In this document: positions 53,796 to 64,000 of the stretch, piece by piece
Numbering within the stretch: position 1 is the first letter of the stretch
How the letters are laid out: each line of letters begins with the position of its first letter
NCBI RefSeq assembly: GCF_009914755.1
Contig: NC_060929.1
Length of the DNA stretch: 64,000 bases
DNA from: the human T2T-CHM13v2.0 reference genome, Homo sapiens
Reading direction: 5' to 3' (one strand)
Notes under the pieces: model-generated
Told to the model about the DNA's origin: nothing
What the model saw: only the letters and a program-made list of their open reading frames with translations
Database searches by the model: none
Translations under genes and position numbers: made by a program

Positions 53796-56513
53796 TTAGA
53801 CAGAGCAGATTTGAAACACTCTTTTTGTGCAATTGGCAAGTGGAGATTTCAAGCGCTTTAAGGTCAATGGCAGAAAAGGAAATATCTTCGTTTCAAAACT
53901 AGACAGAATCATTCCCACAAACTGCGTTGTGATGTGTTCGTTCATCTCACAGAGTTTAACCTTTCTTTTCATAGAGCAGTTAGGAAACACTCTGTTTGTA
54001 AATTCTGTAAGTGGATATTCTGACATCTTGTGGCCTTCGTTGGAAACGGGATTTCTTCATATTCTGCTAGACAGAAGAATTCTCAGAATCTTCCTTGTGT
54101 TGTGTGTATTCAACTCACACAGTTGAACGATGGTTTACACAGAGCAGATTTGAAACACTCTTTTTGTGGAATTTGCAAGTGGAGATTTCAGCCGCTTTGA
54201 GGTCAATGGTAGAAAAGGAAATATCTTCGTATAAAAACTAGACAGAATGATTCTCAGAAACTTCTTTGTGATGTGTGCGTTCAACTCACAGAGTTTAACC
54301 TTTCTTTTCATAGAGCAGTTAGGAAACACTCTGTTTGTAAACTCTGCAAGTGGATATTCAGACCTCTTTGAGGCCTTCGTTGGAAACGGGATTTCTTCAT
54401 ACTGTGCTAGACAGAAGAATTCTCAGTAACTTCCTTGTGTTGTGTGTATTCAACTCACAGAGTTGAACGATCCTTTACACAGAGCAGACTTGAAACACTC
54501 TTTTTGTGGAATTTGCAAGTGGAGATTTCAGCCGCGTTGAGGTCAATGGTAGAAAAGGAAATATCTTCGTATAAAAACTAGACAGAATGATTCTCAGAAA
54601 CTCCTTTGAGATGTGTGTGTTCAACTCACAGAGTTTAACCTTTCTTTTCATAGAGCAGTTAGGAATCACTCTGTTTGTAAAGTCTGCAAGTGGATATTCA
54701 GACCTCTTTGAGGCCTTCGTTGGAAACGGGTTTTTTTCATATAAGGCTAGACAGAAGAATTCCCAGTAACTTCCTTGTGTTGTGTGTGTTCAACTCACAG
54801 AGTTGAACTTTCATTTACACAGAGCAGATTTGAAACACTCTTTTTGTGGAATTTGCAAGTGGAGATTTCAAGCGCTTTGAGGCCAAAGGCAGAAAAGGAA
54901 ATATCTTCGTATAAAAACTAGACAGAATCATTCTCAGAAACTGCTCTGTGATGTGTGCGTTCAACTCTCAGAGTTTAACTTTTCTTTTCATTCAGCAGTT
55001 TGGAAACACTCTGTTTGTAAAGTCTGCACGTGGATAATTTGACCACTTAGAGGCCTTCGTTGGAAACGGGTTTTTTTCATGTAAGGCTAGACAGAAGAGT
55101 TCTCAGTAACTTCCTTGTGTTGTGTGTATTCAACTCACACAGTTGAACGATCCTTTACACAGAGCAGACTTGTAACACTCTTTTTGTGGAATTTGCAAGT
55201 GGAGATTTCAGCCGCTTTGAAGTCAAAGTAGAAAAGGAAATATCTTCCTATAAAAACTAGACAGAATGATTCTCAGAAACTCCTTTGTGATGTGTGCGTT
55301 CAACTCACAGAGTTTAACCTTTCTTTTCATAGAGCAGTTAGGAAACACTCTGTTTGTAAAGTCTGCAAGTGGATATTCAGACCTCTTTGAGGCCTTCGTT
55401 GGAAACGGGTTTTTTTCATATAAGGCTAGACAGAAGAATTCCCAGTAACTTCCTTGTGTTGTGTGTGTTCAACTCACAGAGTTGAACTTTCATTTACACA
55501 GAGCAGATTTGAAACACTCTTTTTGTGGAATTTGCAGGTGGAGATTTCAAGCGCTTTGAGGCCAAAGTCAGAAAAGGAAATATCTTCGTATAAAAACTAG
55601 ACAGAATCATTCTCAGAAACTGCTCTGCGATGTGTGCGTTCAACTCTCAGAGTTTAACTTTTCTTTTCATTCAGCAGTTTGGAAACACTCTGTTTGTAAA
55701 GTCTGCACGTGGATAATTTGACCACTTAGAGGCCTTCGTTGGAAACGGGTTTTTTTCATGTAAGGCTAGACAGAAGAATTCTCAGTAACTTCCTTGTGTT
55801 GTGTGTATTCAACTCACAGAGTTGAACGATCCTTTACACAGAGCAGACTTGTAACACTCTTTTTGTGGAATTTGCAAGTGGAGATTTCAGCCGCTTTGAA
55901 GTCAAAGGTAGAAAAGGAAATATCTTCCTATAAAAACTAGACAGAATGATTCTCAGAAACTCCTTTGTGATGTGTGCGTTCAACTCACAGAGTTTAACCT
56001 TTCTTTTCACAGAGCAGTTAGGAAACACTCTGCTTGTAAAGTCTGCAAGTGGATATTCAGCCCTCTTTGAGGCCTTCGTTGGAAACGGGTTTTTTTCATA
56101 TAAGGCTAGACAGAAGAATTCCCAGTAACTTCCTTGTGTTGTGTGTGTTCAACTCACAGAGTTGAACTTTGATTTACACAGAGCAGATTTGAAACACTCT
56201 TTTTGTGGAATTTGCAAGTGGAGATTTCAAGCGCTTTGAGGCCAAAGGCAGAAAAGGAAATATCTTCGTATAAAAACTAGACAGAATCATTCTCAGAAAC
56301 TGCTCTGCGATGTGTGCGTTCAACTCTCAGAGTTTAACTTTTCTTTTCATTCAGCAGTTTGGAAACACTCTGTTTGTAAAGTCTGCACGTGGATATTTTG
56401 ACCACTTAGAGGCCTTCGTTGGAAACGGGTTTTTTTCCTGTAAGGCTAGACAGAAGAATTCCCAGTAACTTCCTTGTGTTGTGTACATTCAACTCACAGA
56501 GTTGAACGTTCCC
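53796..56513 (+). repeat. 16-mer HOR variant (2718 bp): A-B-C-D2-E2-D3-E3-D4
   Basis: C is followed directly by a D with CTCTGTGATG and GAGTTCTC (D2 markers); D1-E1 is absent. Confidence 0.88.
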
Positions 56514-58551
56514 TTAGACAGAGCAGATTTGAAACACTCTTTTTGTGCAATTGGCAAGTGGAGATTTCAAGCGCTTTAAGGTCAATGGCAGAAAAGGAAA
56601 TATCTTCGTTTCAAAACTAGACAGAATCATTCCCACAAACTGCGTTGTGATGTGTTCGTTCATCTCACAGAGTTTAACCTTTCTTTTCATAGAGCAGTTA
56701 GGAAACACTCTGTTTGTAAATTCTGTAAGTGGATATTCTGACATCTTGTGGCCTTCGTTGGAAACGGGATTTCTTCATATTCTGCTAGACAGAAGAATTC
56801 TCAGAATCTTCCTTGTGTTGTGTGTATTCAACTCACACAGTTGAACGATGGTTTACACAGAGCAGATTTGAAACACTCTTTTTGTGGAATTTGCAAGTGG
56901 AGATTTCAGCCGCTTTGAGGTCAATGGTAGAAAAGGAAATATCTTCGTATAAAAACTAGACAGAATGATTCTCAGAAACTTCTTTGTGATGTGTGCGTTC
57001 AACTCACAGAGTTTAACCTTTCTTTTCATAGAGCAGTTAGGAAACACTCTGTTTGTAAACTCTGCAAGTGGATATTCAGACCTCTTTGAGGCCTTCGTTG
57101 GAAACGGGTTTTTTTCATGTAAGGCTAGACAGAAGAATTCTCAGTAACTTCCTTGTGTTGTGTGTATTCAACTCACAGAGTTGAACGATCCTTTACACAG
57201 AGCAGACTTGAAACACTCTTTTTGTGGAATTTGCAAGTGGAGATTTCAGCCGCTTTGAAGTCAAAGGTAGAAAAGGAAATATCTTCCTATAAAAACTACA
57301 CAGAATGATTCTCAGAAACTCCTTTGTGATGTGTGCGTTCAACTCACAGAGTTTAACCTTTCTTTTCATAGAGGAGTTAGGAAACACTCTGTTTGTAAAG
57401 TCTGCAAGTGGATATTCAGACCTCTTTGAGGCCTTCGTTGGAAACGGGTTTTTTTCATATAAGGCTAGACAGAAGAATTCCCAGTAACTTCCTTGTGTTG
57501 TGTGTGTTCAACTCACAGAGTTGAACTTTCATTTACACAGAGCAGATTTGAAACACTCTTTTTGTGGAATTTGCAAGTGGAGATTTCAAGCGCTTTGAGG
57601 CCAAAGGCAGAAAAGGAAATATCTTCGTATAAAAACTAGACAGAATCATTCTCAGAAACTGCTCTGTGATGTGTGCGTTCAACTCTCAGAGTTTAACTTT
57701 TCTTTTCATTCAGCAGTTTGGAAACACTCTGTTTGTAAAGTCTGCACGTGGATAATTTGACCACTTAGAGGCCTTCATTGGAAACGGGTTTTTTTCATGT
57801 AAGGCTAGACAGAAGAGTTCTCAGTAACTTCCTTGTGTTGTGTGTATTCAACTCACACAGTTGAACGATCCTTTACACAGAGCAGACTTGTAACACTCTT
57901 TTTGTGGAATTTGCAAGTGGAGATTTCAGCCGCTTTGAAGTCAAAGTAGAAAAGGAAATATCTTCCTATAAAAACTAGACAGAATGATTCTCAGAAACTC
58001 CTTTGTGATGTGTGCGTTCAACTCACAGAGTTTAACCTTTCTTTTCATAGAGCAGTTAGGAAACACTCTGTTTGTAAAGTCTGCAAGTGGATATTCAGAC
58101 CTCTTTGAGGCCTTCGTTGGAAACGGGTTTTTTTCATATAAGGCTAGACAGAAGAATTCCCAGTAACTTCCTTGTGTTGTGTGTGTTCAACTCACAGAGT
58201 TGAACTTTCATTTACACAGAGCAGATTTGAAACACTCTTTTTGTGGAATTTGCAGGTGGAGATTTCAAGCGCTTTGAGGCCAAAGGCAGAAAAGGAAATA
58301 TCTTCGTATAAAAACTAGACAGAATCATTCTCAGAAACTGCTCTGCAATGTGTGCGTTCAACTCTCAGAGTTTAACTTTTCTTTTCATTCAGCAGTTTGG
58401 AAACACTCTGTTTGTAAAGTCTGCACGTGGATAACTTGACCACTTAGAGGCCTTCGTTGGAAACGGGTTTTTTTCCTGTAAGGCTAGACAGAAGAATTCC
58501 CAGTAACTTCCTTGTGTTGTGTACATTCAACTCACAGAGTTGAACGTTCCC
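56514..58551 (+). repeat. 12-mer HOR variant (2038 bp): A-[B with D-type tail]-E1-D2-E2-D3/D4
   Basis: Anchor spacing 56514 to 58552; the B dimer ends in CGGGTTTTTTTCATGTAAGG at ~57105-57124. Confidence 0.85.
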
Positions 58552-61267
58552 TTAGACAGAGCAGATTTGAAACACTCTTTTTGTGCAATTGGCAAGTGGA
58601 GATTTCAAGCGCTTTAAGGTCAATGGCAGAAAAGGAAATATCTTCGTTTCAAAACTAGACAGAATCATTCCCACAAACTGCGTTGTGATGTGTTCGTTCA
58701 TCTCACAGAGTTTAACCTTTCTTTTCATAGAGCAGTTAGGAAACACTCTGTTTGTAAATTCTGTAAGTGGATATTCTGACATCTTGTGGCCTTCTTGGAA
58801 ACGGGATTTCTTCATATTCTGCTAGACAGAAGAATTCTCAGAATCTTCCTTGTGTTGTGTGTATTCAACTCACACAGTTGAACGATGGTTTACACAGAGC
58901 AGATTTGAAACACTCTTTTTGTGGAATTTGCAAGTGGAGATTTCAGCCGCTTTGAGGTCAATGGTAGAAAAGGAAATATCTTCGTATAAAAACTAGACAG
59001 AATGATTCTCAGAAACTTCTTTGTGATGTGTGCGTTCAACTCACAGAGTTTAACCTTTCTTTTCATAGAGCAGTTAGGAAACACTCTGTTTGTAAACTCT
59101 GCAAGTGGATATTCAGACCTCTTTGAGGCCTTCGTTGGAAACGGGATTTCTTCATACTGTGCTAGACAGAAGAATTCTCAGTAACTTCCTTGTGTTGTGT
59201 GTATTCAACTCACAGAGTTGAACGATCCTTTACACAGAGCAGACTTGAAACACTCTTTTTGTGGAATTTGCAAGTGGAGATTTCAGCCGCGTTGAGGTCA
59301 ATGGTAGAAAAGGAAATATCTTCGTATAAAAACTAGACAGAATGATTCTCAGAAACTCCTTTGAGATGTGTGTGTTCAACTCACAGAGTTTAACCTTTCT
59401 TTTCATAGAGCAGTTAGGAATCACTCTGTTTGTAAAGTCTGCAGGTGGATATTCAGACCTCTTTGAGGCCTTCGTTGGAAACGGGTTTTTTTCATATAAG
59501 GCTAGAGAGAAGAATTCCCAGTAACTTCCTTGTGTTGTGTGTGTTCAACTCACAGAGTTGAACTTTCATTTACACAGAGCAGATTTGAAACACTCTTTTT
59601 GTGGAATTTGCAAGTGGAGATTTCAAGCGCTGTGAAGCCAAAGGCAGAAAAGGAAATATCTTCGTATAAAAACTAGACAGAATCATTCTCAGAAACTGCT
59701 CTGCGATGTGTGCGTTCAACTCTCAGAGTTTAACTTTTCTTTTCATTCAGCAGTTTGGAAACACTCTGTTTGTAAAGTCTGCACGTGGATAATTTGACCA
59801 CTTAGAGGCCTTCGTTGGAAACGGGTTTTTTTCATGTAAGGCTAGACAGAAGAATTCTCAGTAACTTCCTTGTGTTGTGTGTATTCAACTCACACGGTTG
59901 AACGATCCTTTACACAGAGCAGACTTGTAACACTCTTTTTGTGGAATTTGCAAGTGGAGATTTCAGCCGCTTTGAAGTCAAATGTAGAAAAGGAAATATC
60001 TTCCTATAAAAACTAGACAGAATGATTCTCAGAAACTCCTTTGTGATGTGTGCGTTCAACTCACAGAGTTTAACCTTTCTTTTCATAGAGCAGTTAGGAA
60101 ACACTCTGTTTGTAAAGTCTGCAAGTGGATATTCAGACCTCTTGAGGCCTTCATTGGAAACGGGTTTTTGTCATATAAGGCTAGACAGAAGAATTCCCAG
60201 TAACTTCCTTGTGTTGTGTGTGTTCAACTCACAGAGTTGAACTTTCATTTACACAGAGCAGATTTGAAACACTCTTTTTGTGGAATTTGCAAGTGGAGAT
60301 TTCAAGCGCTTTGAGGCCAAAGGCAGAAAAGGAAATATCTTCGTATAAAAACTAGACAGAATCATTCTCAGAAACTGCTCTGTGATGTGTGCGTTCAACT
60401 CTCAGAGTTTAACTTTTCTTTTCATTCAGCAGTTTGGAAACACTCTGTTTGTAAAGTCTGCACGTGGATAATTTGACCACTTAGAGGCCTTCGTTGGAAA
60501 CGGGTTTTTTTCATGTAAGGCTAGACAGAAGAGTTCTCAGTAACTTCCTTGTGTTGTGTGTATTCAACTCACACAGTTGAACGATCCTTTACACAGAGCA
60601 GACTTGTAACACTCTTTTTGTGGAATTTGCAAGTGGAGATTTCAGCCGCTTTGAAGTCAAAGTAGAAAAGGAAATATCTTCCTATAAAAACTAGACAGAA
60701 TGATTCTCAGAAACTCCTTTGTGATGTGTGCGTTCAACTCACAGAGTTTAACCTTTCTTTTCATAGAGCAGTTAGGAAACACTCTGTTTGTAAAGTCTGC
60801 AAGTGGATATTCAGACCTCTTTGAGGCCTTCGTTGGAAACGGGTTTTTTTCATATAAGGCTAGACAGAAGAATTCCCAGTAACTTCCTTGTGTTGTGTGT
60901 GTTCAACTCACAGAGTTGAACTTTCATTTACACAGAGCAGATTTGAAACACTCTTTTTGTGGAATTTGCAGGTGGAGATTTCAAGCGCTTTGAGGCCAAA
61001 GGCAGAAAAGGAAATATCTTCGTATAAAAACTAGACAGAATCATTCTCAGAAACTGCTCTGCGATGTGTGCGTTCAACTCTCAGAGTTTAACTTTGCTTT
61101 TCATTCAGCAGTTTGGAAACACTCTGTTTGTAAAGTCTGCACGTGGATATTTTGACCACTTAGAGGCCTTCGTTGGAAACGGGTTTTTTTCCTGTAAGGC
61201 TAGACAGAAGAATTCCCAGTAACTTCCTTGTGTTGTGTACATTCAACTCACAGAGTTGAACGTTCCC
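58552..61267 (+). repeat. 16-mer HOR variant (2716 bp, two 1-bp deletions): A-B-C-D-E-D2-E2-D3/D4
   Basis: Anchor spacing 58552 to 61268; deletions at ~58795 and ~60142. Confidence 0.86.
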
Positions 61268-64000
61268 TTAGACAGAGCAGATTTGAAACACTCTTTTTGT
61301 GCAATTGGCAAGTGGAGATTTCAAGCGCTTTAAGGTCAATGGCAGAAAAGGAAATATCTTCGTTTCAAAACTAGACAGAATCATTCCCACAAACTGCGTT
61401 GTGATGTGTTCGTTCATCTCACAGAGTTTAACCTTTCTTTTCATAGAGCAGTTAGGAAACACTCTGTTTGTAAATTCTGTAAGTGGATATTCTGACATCT
61501 TGTGGCCTTCGTTGGAAACGGGATTTCTTCATATTCTGCTAGACAGAAGAATTCTCAGAATCTTCCTTGTGTTGTGTGTATTCAACTCACACAGTTGAAC
61601 GATGGTTTACACAGAGCAGATTTGAAACACTCTTTTTGTGGAATTTGCAAGTGGAGATTTCAGCCGCTTTGAGGTCAATGGTAGAAAAGGAAATATCTTC
61701 GTATAAAAACTAGACAGAATGATTCTCAGAAACTTCTTTGTGATGTGTGCGTTCAACTCACAGAGTTTAACCTTTCTTTTCATAGAGCAGTTAGGAAACA
61801 CTCTGTTTGTAAACTCTGCAAGTGGATATTCAGACCTCTTTGAGGCCTTCGTTGGAAACGGGATTTCTTCATACTGTGCTAGACAGAAGAATTCTCAGTA
61901 ACTTCCTTGTGTTGTGTGTATTCAACTCACAGAGTTGAACGATCCTTTACACAGAGCAGACTTGAAACACTCTTTTTGTGGAATTTGCAAGTGGCGATTT
62001 CAGCCGCGTTGAGGTCAATGGTAGAAAAGGAAATATCTTCGTATAAAAACTAGACAGAATGATTCTCAGAAACTCCTTTGAGATGTGTGTGTTCAACTCA
62101 CAGAGTTTAACCTTTCTTTTCATAGAGCAGTTAGGAATCACTCTGTTTGTAAAGTCTGCAAGTGGATATTCAGACCTCTTTGAGGCCTTCGTTGGAAACG
62201 GGTTTTTTTCATATAAGGCTAGACAGAAGAATTCCCAGTAACTTCCTTGTGTTGTGTGTGTTCAACTCACAGAGTTGAACTTTCATTTACACAGAGCAGA
62301 TTTGAAACACTCTTTTTGTGGAATTTGCAAATGGAGATTTCAAGCGCTTTGAGGCCAAAGGCAGAAAAGGAAATATCTTCGTATAAAAACTAGACAGAAT
62401 CATTCTCAGAAACTGCTCTGCGATGTGTGCGTTCAACTCTCAGAGTTTAACTTTGCTTTTCATTCAGCAGTTTGGAAACACTCTGTTTGTAAAGTCTGCA
62501 CGTGGATAATTTGACCACTTAGAGGCCTTCGTTGGAAACGGGTTTTTTTCATGTAAGGCTAGACAGAAGAATTCTCAGTAACTTCCTTGTGTTGTGTGTA
62601 TTCAACTCACAGAGTTGAACGATCCTTTACACAGAGCAGACTTGTAACACTCTTTTTGTGGAATTTGCAAGTGGAGATTTCAGCCGCTTTGAAGTCAAAG
62701 GTAGAAAAGGAAATATCTTCCTATAAAAACTACACAGAATGATTCTCAGAAACTCCTTTGTGATGTGTGCGTTCAACTCACAGAGTTTAACCTTTCTTTT
62801 CATAGAGGAGTTAGGAAACACTCTGTTTGTAAAGTCTGCAAGTGGATATTCAGACCTCTTTGAGGCCTTCGTTGGAAACGGGTTTTTTTCATATAAGGCT
62901 AGACAGAAGAATTCCCAGTAACTTCCTTGTGTTGTGTGTGTTCAACTCACAGAGTTGAACTTTCATTTACACAGAGCAGATTTGAAACACTCTTTTTGTG
63001 GAATTTGCAAGTGGAGATTTCAAGCGCTTTGAGGCCAAAGGCAGAAAAGGAAATATCTTCGTATAAAAACTAGACAGAATCATTCTCAGAAACTGCTCTG
63101 TGATGTGTGCGTTCAACTCTCAGAGTTTAACTTTTCTTTTCATTCAGCAGTTTGGAAACACTCTGTTTGTAAAGTCTGCACGTGGATAATTTGACCACTT
63201 AGAGGCCTTCATTGGAAACGGGTTTTTTTCATGTAAGGCTAGACAGAAGAGTTCTCAGTAACTTCCTTGTGTTGTGTGTATTCAACTCACACAGTTGAAC
63301 GATCCTTTACACAGAGCAGACTTGTAACACTCTTTTTGTGGAATTTGCAAGTGGAGATTTCAGCCGCTTTGAAGTCAAAGTAGAAAAGGAAATATCTTCC
63401 TATAAAAACTAGACAGAATGATTCTCAGAAACTCCTTTGTGATGTGTGCGTTCAACTCACAGAGTTTAACCTTTCTTTTCATAGAGCAGTTAGGAAACAC
63501 TCTGTTTGTAAAGTCTGCAAGTGGATATTCAGACCTCTTTGAGGCCTTCGTTGGAAACGGGTTTTTTTCATATAAGGCTAGACAGAAGAATTCCCAGTAA
63601 CTTCCTTGTGTTGTGTGTGTTCAACTCACAGAGTTGAACTTTCATTTACACAGAGCAGATTTGAAACACTCTTTTTGTGGAATTTGCAGGTGGAGATTTC
63701 AAGCGCTTTGAGGCCAAAGGCAGAAAAGGAAATATCTTCGTATAAAAACTAGACAGAATCATTCTCAGAAACTGCTCTGCGATGTGTGCGTTCAACTCTC
63801 AGAGTTTAACTTTTCTTTTCATTCAGCAGTTTGGAAACACTCTGTTTGTAAAGTCTGCACGTGGATAATTTGACCACTTAGAGGCCTTCGTTGGAAACGG
63901 GTTTTTTTCATGTAAGGCTAGACAGAAGAATTCTCAGTAACTTCCTTGTGTTGTGTGTATTCAACTCACAGAGTTGAACGATCCTTTACACAGAGCAGAC
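61268..64000 (+). repeat. HOR unit truncated by the window end (A-B-C-D1-E1-D2-E2-D3...), probably a 20-mer
   Basis: D3 ends with GATAATTTG and CATGTAAGG and runs into an E-like start, as in full 20-mers. Confidence 0.8.

Larger units (their letters stand above)
1..64000 (+). repeat. Centromeric alpha-satellite HOR array, dimeric suprachromosomal family 1 type (most like D1Z7/D5Z2/D19Z3)
   Basis: Continuous ~170-bp monomers with hallmark alphoid motifs (ATTCTCAGAAAC, TTCAACTCACAGAGTT, GAAACACTCT, GAAAAGGAAATATCTT). Periodicity is ~340 bp, with an EcoRI site (GAATTC) and a CENP-B box once per dimer. Alpha-satellite identity is certain; the subfamily is from recollection of family motifs and is less certain. 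Confidence 0.98.

Noticed and set aside
458-63600. Many 60-124 aa ORFs on both strands
   Set aside because: They recur with the repeat period, overlap antisense to each other, and are made or broken by 1-2 bp indels. They resemble the spurious translations typical of alpha satellite, and nothing supports coding function.
1-64000. CRISPR-like or other repeat-spacer system
   Set aside because: There are no unique spacers and no associated genes; all sequence between conserved motifs is itself repeated.
1-64000. Transposon insertion (L1/Alu) or inversion within the array
   Set aside because: Unit lengths are all accounted for by whole dimers plus 1-2 bp indels, and CENP-B boxes stay on the + strand throughout.
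1-64000. Assignment to a specific chromosome (1, 5, 19, or the related chromosome 16 array)
   Set aside because: These SF1 arrays are closely related and cannot be separated reliably by eye; mapping unique k-mers to T2T assemblies is needed.

Overview
The whole 64 kb is one uninterrupted, single-orientation array of primate (almost certainly human) centromeric alpha satellite. It is built from ~170-bp monomers paired into ~340-bp dimers, with a CENP-B box in every second monomer, which is the suprachromosomal family 1 (J1/J2) organisation. It looks most like the D1Z7/D5Z2/D19Z3 (S1C1/5/19H1L) family, but I cannot assign the chromosome by eye. I saw no genes, transposon insertions, inversions or non-alphoid DNA; all listed ORFs are by-products of the repeat. 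Diagnostic bases define five dimer types (my labels): A (CCCTTAGAC/CAATTG/CATTCCCAC/CTGACATCTTGTGG), B (GATGGTTT/AACTTCTTTG/TACTGTG), C (CCGCGTTG/TTTGAGATG/GGAATCAC), D (GGCCAAAGGC/CTGCTCTG/CACGTGG) and E (CTTGTAAC/GAAGTCAAA/CTTCCTA). The dominant higher-order repeat (HOR) is a ~3398-bp 20-mer, A-B-C-D1-E1-D2-E2-D3-E3-D4, with a triplicated internal ~680-bp tetramer. It is interspersed with 8-, 10-, 12- and 16-mer variants. I found no new gene-encoded system. The notable content is a readable record of array turnover: tandem duplications, a ~12-kb-offset segmental copy with stepwise tetramer differences, mosaic dimers, a short conversion tract, and CENP-B box losses confined to CpG positions. 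All variant calls were read by eye and may be incomplete.
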